Source: Paludibacteraceae bacterium
GTDB taxonomy: Bacteria > Bacteroidota > Bacteroidia > Bacteroidales > Paludibacteraceae
NCBI GenBank assembly: GCA_017446585.1
Contig: JAFSQL010000002.1
Location: 29,084-93,083 of the forward strand
Direction: 5' to 3'
DNA length: 64,000 bases
The notes under the pieces were generated by a model. The model was given only the letters and a program-made list of their open reading frames with translations. It had not been told where the DNA came from and did no database searches. The number at the start of each line of letters is the position of its first letter. Position 1 is the first letter of the stretch. Of the stretch, positions 29,067-37,143 are shown in pieces. The position numbers and the translations under genes were made by a program.

Positions 29067-29105
29067 GAAAGTCTTCCTTCACATGCGAAAGAAGACTTTC
29101 TTTTT
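29067..29105. terminator. Bidirectional terminator between convergent genes
   Basis: GAAAGTCTTC ... GAAGACTTTC, a 10-bp stem flanked by an A-run and a T-run. Confidence 0.7.
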
Positions 29106-29159
29106 CATATCTCTCAAATGATAACCCTAACTCTGGGGAAAATTGGCAGCCACAAAAGG

Positions 29160-30002
29160 CTAAGACTGGTAGAAACGAATTAATCCTTCCATTGGTGTTC
29201 GCATCACTTGTCCGACCATGACGCTACAGTCGTCAGCCGCCTCACGCAACTCATCCTCAAAGACAGCCGCCACACTGCCGACAAAGTGGGTTTGGTAGTT
29301 TTGGTAGTCATATTGCATCACGTTGCGACGCAAGAAGGCTTTGAAGGAATTGGTCAGTAAGTGGCGGACGTATTCGTAATCACGATGTTCACCCAAGAAG
29401 CGAGTGAATTGCGCGAGGTATCGGTTTGGGAATGGTTTGCGATAAACACGCTCTATCACGTCAGATTGCTTCAAGTCAGGGAAAGATTGCCAAAAGATGT
29501 CGCTTAAATCCTGCGGCAACTGTTTCTTCAAGAGGTCGCCTATAAACTGTTTGCCAAGCACTGCCCCACTTCCTTCGTCACCCAAGATGAAGCCAAGTGG
29601 GGAAACGTTGTCGAGGATTCGTTCCCCGTCATAAAAACAACTGTTGCTACCAGTCCCTAAAATGCAGGCGATGCCTGTCTCCCTGCCCAAAAGGGCGTGA
29701 GCGGCCGCCATCAGGTCGCTTTCGACGCTGATTTGGGCATCTCCCAAAACTGACCGCAGGACGCTATTCATCATTTCTTTTTTCACTTCCGTGCAGCCCG
29801 CGCCGTAAAAGCGAATTTCGTCAAGGTCAGCGTCGCCGACGAATGGCAGGACTTCGCCTTTCAACTTGGAAATGATTTCGTCCTCGCTTTCATAGTAAGG
29901 GTTTATGCCGCTCGAGACGAACCCCGATGTCCGGTTTTCGTTTCCGAGGTCAATCAATCGCCAATCAGTCTTTGTGCTGCCGCTGTCCGCAATCAGTATC
30001 AT
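29160..30002 (-). CDS. BadF/BadG/BcrA/BcrD-type ATPase, N-acetylglucosamine kinase-like
   Basis: ASKHA-fold motifs ILIADSGSTKTDW, CILGTGSN and GDEGSG. Confidence 0.75.
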   Translation of the reverse strand: MILIADSGSTKTDWRLIDLGNENRTSGFVSSGINPYYESEDEIISKLKGEVLPFVGDADLDEIRFYGAGCTEVKKEMMNSVLRSVLGDAQISVESDLMAAAHALLGRETGIACILGTGSNSCFYDGERILDNVSPLGFILGDEGSGAVLGKQFIGDLLKKQLPQDLSDIFWQSFPDLKQSDVIERVYRKPFPNRYLAQFTRFLGEHRDYEYVRHLLTNSFKAFLRRNVMQYDYQNYQTHFVGSVAAVFEDELREAADDCSVMVGQVMRTPMEGLIRFYQS

Positions 30003-30048
30003 GGTTCGCCGGTTTTTTAGATTATGTCAAAGATAGATGTTTTTTGAT

Positions 30049-30056
30049 TACTTTTG
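30049..30056 (+). promoter_or_regulatory. -7 promoter box (TActTTTG) upstream of the lptD-like gene
   Basis: TAnnTTTG match only 9 nt upstream of ATG 30066, implying a very short leader. Confidence 0.35.
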
Positions 30057-30065
30057 CACGTTAAT

Positions 30066-32843
30066 ATGCGGTTATGTTCGCGTCACATATTTTTCGCTGT
30101 CATAGCAACGTTGCTCTTTCATGTTTCAACGTTTGCGTTGTCGGAAAACAGGGATACCGAATCGACAGGGAACGAGGGCATGGAAATCATGCCAGACGTG
30201 ACAAGCGAAGATTCTGTCGCTCATGATACGATTCCGAGTGAAGGCGTAGTTCCCAAGACAAAGAAAAAGACCGCTCTGACAGCACCCGTTTATTATTCAG
30301 CCCAAGACAGTATTGTGATGTATCGCGCAGGCAACGCTTACATGTATGGAAATAGCGACGTGAAGTATGACAAAATGAAACTGAACGCTGCGTTCATACA
30401 TCTGAACACGGACTCCTCAATTGTTGACGCGAGCGGAATATTTGACGAGAAAGACAGCGTGATGGCAGGAGAACCGGTCTTCACGGACAACGGTCAGGAT
30501 TATCACGCCAAGACGATTCAGTACAATTTCAACACGAAGAAAGGTTTCGTTCGTCAAGCGTTGTTGCAGCAGGGTGACGGCTACGTGGTGGGCAAGGAGA
30601 CGAAGAAGGTTGACGATGACATCTTCTTCATGAAGAACGGTCACTACACGACGTGCGACCATCATGACAGTCCACACTACTACCTGAATCTGACGAAGGC
30701 GAAGGTGAAGCAAAAGAAATGGGTCGTGACAGGTCCCGCCTATCTTGTCATTGCGGACATTCCGCTTCCGCTTGCCATCCCGTTCGGCTACTTCCCCTTC
30801 ACGCACAGTTACAGTAGCGGCGTGATTATGCCAACGTACGGAGACGAGTTGACACGCGGTTTCTATCTGCGTGACGGAGGCTATTACTTCGCCATCAACG
30901 ACTATATGGACCTGACGCTTTTGGGAGACATCTACACGAACGGGACTTGGGCGTTAGGCGGCGGCATGCGCTACGTCAAGCGGTATAAGTTCAACGGCAA
31001 TTTCAATGTCAACTACCGAGTGGATAAGTATGGATTACGGGAGTTGGAGAATGAGTACTACGAACAAAAGAATTTCAACATCATTTGGACGCATTCACAA
31101 AATCCGAAATCAATGCCCAACTCGACGTTTTCAGCGTCGGTGAACTTTTCGTCATCCGGTTACGACCGCGCCAACGTGTCGAACTATTATAACGCCTCGG
31201 TCCTGTCGCAGGACACGAAGTCTTCGTCAGTCTCTTTTTCGCACAATTTTCCCAACAGCCCATTCTCTTTGTCAACGAGTTTGCTAGCGTCGCAAAGGAC
31301 GTCAGACAGCACGGTGGCTCTGACGCTGCCTGACTTGACGTTCACGATGAACAGGGTTTATCCGCTGAAGCGAAAGACGCGGGTGGGCAAGGACAGATGG
31401 TGGGAGAAGTTGTACGTGTCCTACAACGGCAATTTCAAAAATGAGATAGAGACGAAGGAGAACAAGGTGCTTCACTCCTCGCTGTCAAGGGAGTGGAAAA
31501 ACGGCATGAACCACACGGTGCCGGTCGGGATGTCGTTCAACGTGCTGAAGTATCTTTCCATCACGCCAGCCGCCACGTACCGCAGCCGTTGGTACATGCA
31601 GAAGGTGAACCAAAGTTGGGACTACGCGACGAACACGGTGGCGTATGACACGGTTTCGCAGTTTAACCGCGTGTGGGATTTCAACACTTCGGTTTCAGCG
31701 TCAACGAAGTTGTATGGTTTCTTCAAGCCGGTGAAGTGGCTGGGTGGCAACAAGATAGACCGCATACGACACGTGTTCACCCCGACGGTGTCGCTGTCGT
31801 ATCATCCTGACTTCTCGACGGACTGGTGGGGGTATTACGAGACGTATTCCCGTCCGGTTTCGGCGACAGACCCCACGCTCTATGATGTCACTTACTCGCC
31901 GTTCAGCAACAACCAGTTCGGTGTTCCCGCCAGCGGCAAGAGCGGTTCGGTGAACTTCTCGATCAACAACAACGTTGAGATGAAGTGGCGGACGACGAAT
32001 GACACGACAGGCGAGGATCAGTTCAAGAAGATTTCGCTGATTGACGCTCTCGCCGCCTCCACGTCGTATAACCTCGCGGCGGACTCGTTGCGCTGGAGCA
32101 ATATCAACGCGAACCTCCGGTTGAAGTTGACAAAGTCCATGACGTTCAATTTGAACGGGACTTTTGACCAATACTATTTGGAGTTGAACGAGTACAACAA
32201 CGTGACGCACGTTGACAAGATGCGGTGGGAAGAGGGAGAGTTGCCACGGTTGATAAACACCTCCACGTCGCTGTCCTACTCCATTTCAAACAAGACGTTC
32301 AATCGCGCCAAGAGGGAGGAGTCAGGAAAGGAAGAAGACATCAAGGGCTTGACGACCGCCAACGTGGACGAGGAGATGAACAAGGCGAACGCGGAGGCGA
32401 AGAGGAAGGCGGACACGAAGAAGGGGAACGAGAAGGACGACTTGGGCTACGCCAAGTTCACGTTGCCATGGACACTGTCTTTTGACTATTCGATGAGATA
32501 TGGGAACACGACTGAGATAGACACGCTGGGTCCAGTCATGCCAGGGACGCGGTGCGAGTACGTACGGGAGTTGACGCACAACTTGGGCATACGCGCGACG
32601 ATTTCACCAACGTCGAATTGGAATTTGTCGGCAGGAATTTCGTATGACTGCAAGGAGGAGAAGATAGCGTATTCGACGATTTCGGTGTCACGCAACCTGC
32701 ATTGTTGGAACATGTCGGCAAACATAGTTCCTTTCGGGCCGTACAAGAGTTACAACTTTCTGGTACAGGTATCGTCAGACATGCTCGCAGACTTGAAGTA
32801 CGAACAGAGTTCGGACTACTCCTATTACCAAGAGTGGTACTAA
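30066..32843 (+). CDS. Putative LPS-assembly outer membrane protein (LptD/OstA-like, Bacteroidota type)
   Basis: About 925-aa beta-rich OMP with a signal peptide. N-terminal OstA-like region (VYYSAQDSIVMY...GNSDVKYDKMKLNAAFIHLN). Ends in an aromatic-rich segment YYQEWY. Confidence 0.65.
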   Translation: MRLCSRHIFFAVIATLLFHVSTFALSENRDTESTGNEGMEIMPDVTSEDSVAHDTIPSEGVVPKTKKKTALTAPVYYSAQDSIVMYRAGNAYMYGNSDVKYDKMKLNAAFIHLNTDSSIVDASGIFDEKDSVMAGEPVFTDNGQDYHAKTIQYNFNTKKGFVRQALLQQGDGYVVGKETKKVDDDIFFMKNGHYTTCDHHDSPHYYLNLTKAKVKQKKWVVTGPAYLVIADIPLPLAIPFGYFPFTHSYSSGVIMPTYGDELTRGFYLRDGGYYFAINDYMDLTLLGDIYTNGTWALGGGMRYVKRYKFNGNFNVNYRVDKYGLRELENEYYEQKNFNIIWTHSQNPKSMPNSTFSASVNFSSSGYDRANVSNYYNASVLSQDTKSSSVSFSHNFPNSPFSLSTSLLASQRTSDSTVALTLPDLTFTMNRVYPLKRKTRVGKDRWWEKLYVSYNGNFKNEIETKENKVLHSSLSREWKNGMNHTVPVGMSFNVLKYLSITPAATYRSRWYMQKVNQSWDYATNTVAYDTVSQFNRVWDFNTSVSASTKLYGFFKPVKWLGGNKIDRIRHVFTPTVSLSYHPDFSTDWWGYYETYSRPVSATDPTLYDVTYSPFSNNQFGVPASGKSGSVNFSINNNVEMKWRTTNDTTGEDQFKKISLIDALAASTSYNLAADSLRWSNINANLRLKLTKSMTFNLNGTFDQYYLELNEYNNVTHVDKMRWEEGELPRLINTSTSLSYSISNKTFNRAKREESGKEEDIKGLTTANVDEEMNKANAEAKRKADTKKGNEKDDLGYAKFTLPWTLSFDYSMRYGNTTEIDTLGPVMPGTRCEYVRELTHNLGIRATISPTSNWNLSAGISYDCKEEKIAYSTISVSRNLHCWNMSANIVPFGPYKSYNFLVQVSSDMLADLKYEQSSDYSYYQEWY

Positions 32844-32903
32844 GCGAATCATCACCCTTAACAATCAAAAAGTCGGCAGGGAGAGCAAGGAGACGGCGAA
32901 AGG

Positions 32904-34208
32904 TCAGATGCGTTCAATCTTGGCACCTAATTGTCGAAGTCGTCCATCGATGTTTTGATAACCTCGGTCAATTTGATTGATATTCTCAATGACCGAAGTT
33001 CCGTCAGCGCAAAGAGCGGCAATCAGCAAGGCTATACCGGCACGGATGTCAGGCGACGACATGCGAGCGGGACGGAGGTGAAAGTTTTCACCCAAGCCAA
33101 TGACGGTAGCCCTATGCGGGTCACAAAGAATGATTTGCGCCCCCATGTCAATGAGTTTGTCAACAAAGAAAAGACGACTCTCAAACATCTTCTGATGAAT
33201 GAGCACACTCCCCTTTGCCTTTGTAGCGACCACCAGCAACACGCTGAGCAAATCAGGAGTCAACCCGGGCCAAGGGGCATCGGCAAGTGTCAATATGGAA
33301 CCGTCAATAAAACTCTCAATGGTGTAACTGTCTTGAGGAGGAATGTAAATGCTGTCTCCAATGCGTTGCAGTTTCACGCCAAGACGCTTGAACGCTTGCG
33401 GAATAATGCCTAAGTGGTCGTAACCCGTGTTCTTTATGGTAATTTCACTACCCGTCATTGCCGCCAGCCCAATGAACGACCCGACCTCTATCATGTCCGG
33501 CAAGATGGTATGTTCCGTCCCGTCAAGTTCCTTCACACCCTCGATGGTCAACAGGTTGCTGCCTATGCCCGAAATCTTGGCACCCATACGAACCAACATA
33601 GAACAAAGTTGCTGCACGTAAGGTTCGCAAGCCGCATTATAGATAGTAGTGACACCTTTGGACAAAACTGCCGCCATGATGATGTTCGCCGTTCCCGTGA
33701 CCGAAGCCTCATCAAGAAGCATGTAAGAACCCGTTAGTTTTTTTGCGACAATGTCATAGCGTTCCGCATCCGCATTGTAATTGTAAGTCGCACCCAATTT
33801 ATGAATACCTTCAAAATGAGTGTCAAGGCGGCGGCGACCAATCTTATCACCTCCGGGCTTAGGCACCACCGCATGGCCGAAACGTGCCACAAGAGGTCCA
33901 ACAAGCATGATGCTGCCGCGCAAAGCCGCCCCTTGTTTGAAAAATTCAGGAGTGTCAAGATAGGACATGTCCACTTCAGCAGCACAAAAACTATAAGAGC
34001 CCTCTCCTACTTTTTTCACCTCCACGTGCATGTCCGCAAGCAACTGAATGAGGTTGTTAACATCCAAAATGTCAGGAAGGTTGTGGATGGTGACCGTTTT
34101 TGACGTGAGCAACGTGGCGCACAACACTTGCAAAGCCTCGTTCTTAGCACCTTGAACACCAATCTCACCATGCAGGCGATGACCTCCTTCTATTTTGAAT
34201 GCTGACAT
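32904..34208 (-). CDS. murA: UDP-N-acetylglucosamine 1-carboxyvinyltransferase
   Basis: MSAFKIEGGHRLHGEIGVQGAKNEAL..., full-length MurA. Start moved to ATG 34208. Confidence 0.95.
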   Translation of the reverse strand: MSAFKIEGGHRLHGEIGVQGAKNEALQVLCATLLTSKTVTIHNLPDILDVNNLIQLLADMHVEVKKVGEGSYSFCAAEVDMSYLDTPEFFKQGAALRGSIMLVGPLVARFGHAVVPKPGGDKIGRRRLDTHFEGIHKLGATYNYNADAERYDIVAKKLTGSYMLLDEASVTGTANIIMAAVLSKGVTTIYNAACEPYVQQLCSMLVRMGAKISGIGSNLLTIEGVKELDGTEHTILPDMIEVGSFIGLAAMTGSEITIKNTGYDHLGIIPQAFKRLGVKLQRIGDSIYIPPQDSYTIESFIDGSILTLADAPWPGLTPDLLSVLLVVATKAKGSVLIHQKMFESRLFFVDKLIDMGAQIILCDPHRATVIGLGENFHLRPARMSSPDIRAGIALLIAALCADGTSVIENINQIDRGYQNIDGRLRQLGAKIERI

Positions 34209-34230
34209 ATTTTTTTGATTTACAACCTTA

Positions 34231-34238
34231 CAAAGGTA
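34231..34238 (-). promoter_or_regulatory. -7 promoter box (TAccTTTG) upstream of murA
   Basis: The reverse complement of caaaggta is TACCTTTG, 22 nt upstream of the ATG. Confidence 0.45.
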
Positions 34239-34291
34239 CAATTTTTGTAGAACATTTCTTCAAAAACAAAACAACCTTTTAATTGATAAGT

Positions 34292-34774
34292 ATGGAGACG
34301 ATTTATGATTACAAAGCCTTCACCAGCAAAGGGCAAGAATTGGATTTTTCACAATTTGAAAATAAAGTATTGTTGATAGTGAACACAGCAAGCAAATGCG
34401 GATTCACACCTCAGTTCGCAGGTCTTGAGTCCTTGAACAAGAAATACAAAGACATGGGATTGATGGTCATTGGTTTTCCGTGCAACCAATTCGCATCGCA
34501 AGACCCGGGAAGCGACAGCGAGATTGAAGGATTCTGCCAATTGAATTATGGCGTCACCTTTCAAATCATGAAAAAGATAGACGTAAATGGTGAGAACGCC
34601 CACCCTATCTTCAAGTTCTTAAAGAGCAAAACCAAAGGATTGCTTGGTTCATCCATCAAGTGGAATTTCACCAAATTCCTTATCTCCAAAGACGGCAAGA
34701 CCATCAAACGCTATTCGCCAATGACAAAACCAGAGAAATTGGAGAAAGACATAGAGAAGATGCTCTATAAATAA
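34292..34774 (+). CDS. Glutathione peroxidase (Cys type)
   Basis: LIVNTASKCGFTPQ, FPCNQF and WNFTKFL motifs. The active site is Cys, not a TGA-encoded Sec. Confidence 0.9.
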   Translation: METIYDYKAFTSKGQELDFSQFENKVLLIVNTASKCGFTPQFAGLESLNKKYKDMGLMVIGFPCNQFASQDPGSDSEIEGFCQLNYGVTFQIMKKIDVNGENAHPIFKFLKSKTKGLLGSSIKWNFTKFLISKDGKTIKRYSPMTKPEKLEKDIEKMLYK

Positions 34775-34785
34775 AAAGACTCTTC

Positions 34786-35397
34786 TTATCTTCTCCGATT
34801 ATTACGACGGCGACGACGTGACTGCGCTTTGAGCGGAACATCGTTCCGAAGGTTTATGTCGCTATTCTTGACGTTCATCAATTGGAGTTCCGTTGGCTGG
34901 TAGTCTAACACTCCGTCTGATAGTGTTCGTAAATCATCAAGAATATGTTGGTCTGTCACCGTGTCTTTGTTCCACGCCATGAAGTGGACCTTCATCCTAT
35001 TCGCCGTGAGCAAAGCGAAAGCTTTGCGTTCCTCCTCATCAACGATTTGTTTGGCATGGTCAACCATTTGAAGAATCAGCCTGCCATAGTGACGATGTTT
35101 CAAAGTGCGCGAATCTGTGTAAGGTATGGAGTCAGGTCGTTGTCGCATCGGATTAGTCCGAATAGGTTCGTTGGGCCAATCAATGTCCAGACTAAAATCA
35201 GCGATGATAGCCAGATGATCCCAAAGCGTTTGCGAACCTCGCAGGGCTGGTTTCAAATTGCCCATGGCGGTAATGATAGTTTTTGCGCAGAGGTTACGCT
35301 GCTCTCGATCTTCAATCGTTTTGCAATACTCGACCATTTGTTGCACGTTGCGTCCGTACTCTGGTAAGGTCAATTCCGTATTTTGTTGATAATCCAT
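34786..35397 (-). CDS. DUF4290 domain protein
   Basis: N-terminal LPEYGRNVQQMVEY... block recalled from DUF4290 proteins. Conserved position next to murA in Bacteroidota. Basic RRRRRNNRRR tail. Confidence 0.65.
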   Translation of the reverse strand: MDYQQNTELTLPEYGRNVQQMVEYCKTIEDREQRNLCAKTIITAMGNLKPALRGSQTLWDHLAIIADFSLDIDWPNEPIRTNPMRQRPDSIPYTDSRTLKHRHYGRLILQMVDHAKQIVDEEERKAFALLTANRMKVHFMAWNKDTVTDQHILDDLRTLSDGVLDYQPTELQLMNVKNSDINLRNDVPLKAQSRRRRRNNRRR

Positions 35398-35406
35398 AGA
35401 TGTTCG

Positions 35407-36111
35407 TTATATTACCTTGTGTTTGGGTGTCGTGGCATAAAAGTCCTTGAGATAGAACGGTTCAAAATAAGCGACATCTACAGTTTTACCTCCGTCGTAC
35501 AATTGTTGAGCCAATTCCGCCATCGCCACTGCATGGGCGTTATCATCATCCAAGAAGAAAGCGTGAGGTGATGTAAAGACGGACCTGCACTTTGCGGCAC
35601 CAGAACCCAAGAAGTAAATGTCTCGTTCAGAAAGATAGTCTTGAAAACTGGTTTCCGTGACAACTTCAGCCCATGGTTCCTTCACGATTTGGAACGTCAC
35701 GGACGAATACAACGCCGTATAAACCTCCATTCGCCGTGCGTCAATCATCGGACAAAGCAAGGCATCTGAAGTCGTAGGCGTAAATGCGGGATTAGACTTG
35801 GCCTGATGCGCCATTAACTGCAGCGTAGGAATTGCGAGCAATGGAATATTGAGTGCCAAACAAAGTCCCTTGGCCGTTGAGACTCCAATACGAAGTCCGG
35901 TATAAGAACCAGGACCGGAACTGACAGCGACAGCATCGAGTTTTTGATTCGCCTTGCGCAGAAAATCTAAAGCCTCATCAAGAAAAGGACTGAGCAAGCA
36001 GGCGTGGTTCTGTGGTATGTCAGATTTCTTTTGCCATACGCATTGCCCGTCCGTGGCGACCGCCACGCTACACTCCGCTCCCGAGGTTTCAATACAAACG
36101 ATATTTGCCAC
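35407..36111 (-). CDS. tsaB: tRNA t6A37 biosynthesis protein TsaB
   Basis: IETSGAECSVAV..., GPGSYTGLRIG motif, about 230 aa. Confidence 0.85.
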   Translation of the reverse strand: MANIVCIETSGAECSVAVATDGQCVWQKKSDIPQNHACLLSPFLDEALDFLRKANQKLDAVAVSSGPGSYTGLRIGVSTAKGLCLALNIPLLAIPTLQLMAHQAKSNPAFTPTTSDALLCPMIDARRMEVYTALYSSVTFQIVKEPWAEVVTETSFQDYLSERDIYFLGSGAAKCRSVFTSPHAFFLDDDNAHAVAMAELAQQLYDGGKTVDVAYFEPFYLKDFYATTPKHKVI

Positions 36112-36179
36112 TCTTATAAGAATTAAGTGATATGCCGATTTTCATTTGTTCTTTCCGCAAAAGTAAGCATTTTTTTGCC

Positions 36180-36187
36180 TACTTTTG
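36180..36187 (+). promoter_or_regulatory. -7 promoter box (TActTTTG) upstream of yicC
   Basis: TAnnTTTG match 77 nt upstream of ATG 36265. Confidence 0.4.
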
Positions 36188-36264
36188 CGTTAACCGATAC
36201 GGCGAGAGAGGATGCCGATCGGGAAAGCCCCCCATAGAACAGATAACAACGAAAAAGGAAAGGT

Positions 36265-37134
36265 ATGTTACTTTCGATGACGGGCTTCGGCAAGGCCTCA
36301 CGAACGGTTGCCGGAAAGAAAATCACAGTAGAAATCAAGTCGCTCAACTCAAAGCAGATGGACATGTCCGCGCGCGTGCCCTCTGTATTGAGGGAGAAGG
36401 AGATAGACATCAGAAGTCTGGTGGCGAACCGACTGCTTCGAGGCAAGGTAGATGTGAGCGTGAGCATCGAGGACGTGACAACGGCAGCGACAAGCGCAAT
36501 CAACGTGGATGCCATGCGCACGTACAAGGAGCAAATCACAACGGCAGCGGAAACGTTGAACATCCCCACGCCAGCAGATTGGTTCTCAACATTACTACGC
36601 ATGCCTGAGGTGTTGAAGACTAAGGCGGAGGACCTGACGGAGGAGATGGGAAAGACGGCAATGGACACGGTAAGTGACGCGATAGAGGCATTGATATCGT
36701 TCAGAAAACAAGAAGGAGCGTCGCTCGAAAGGGTGTTCACGGAGAACATTGAAGCCATCAGGGCTTTGCTGGCGGAAATAGAGCCTTTCGAGAAGAGCCG
36801 AGTCGAGAAAATAAAGGAACGCATGCGAAGCCAATTAGAGAGCATCACCAGCGACTATGACAAGAACAGGTTTGAGCAAGAACTCATCTTCTACATCGAG
36901 AAGTTGGATGTAAGCGAGGAGAAGAACCGCCTGAGAAATCATTTGGACTACTTCATGCAAACGATGACACAGGAGGAGGCAAGCGGAAAGAAATTAGGTT
37001 TCATAGCGCAAGAGATTGGTCGTGAGGTGAACACCTTGGGCAGCAAGAGCAATCAGAGCGAGATGCAGATTATTGTGGTGAAGATGAAGGATCATTTGGA
37101 GCAGATAAAGGAACAAGTGCTAAACGCGCTTTAA
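36265..37134 (+). CDS. yicC: YicC/YloC-family endoribonuclease
   Basis: MLLSMTGFG..., and C-terminal DVSEEKNRLRNHLDYF...GKKLGFIAQEIGREVNTLGSKS, characteristic of YicC. Confidence 0.85.
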   Translation: MLLSMTGFGKASRTVAGKKITVEIKSLNSKQMDMSARVPSVLREKEIDIRSLVANRLLRGKVDVSVSIEDVTTAATSAINVDAMRTYKEQITTAAETLNIPTPADWFSTLLRMPEVLKTKAEDLTEEMGKTAMDTVSDAIEALISFRKQEGASLERVFTENIEAIRALLAEIEPFEKSRVEKIKERMRSQLESITSDYDKNRFEQELIFYIEKLDVSEEKNRLRNHLDYFMQTMTQEEASGKKLGFIAQEIGREVNTLGSKSNQSEMQIIVVKMKDHLEQIKEQVLNAL

Positions 37135-37143
37135 GGTTTAAGA

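Noticed and set aside
26743-30065. Chromosomal replication origin (oriC) at the strand-bias switch
   Set aside because: The spacers here are only 30-140 bp. I found no clustered DnaA boxes (TTATCCACA or near variants), no AT-rich unwinding repeats and no dnaA/dnaN nearby. The skew switch is kept as an observation only.
34292-34774. Selenocysteine-containing glutathione peroxidase
   Set aside because: The active-site residue is encoded by TGC (Cys) in NTASKCGFT. There is no in-frame TGA.
36123-36848. 241-aa minus-strand ORF
   Set aside because: Antisense to yicC. Ser/Ala/Val-rich with no start context. The yicC frame has family-specific motifs.
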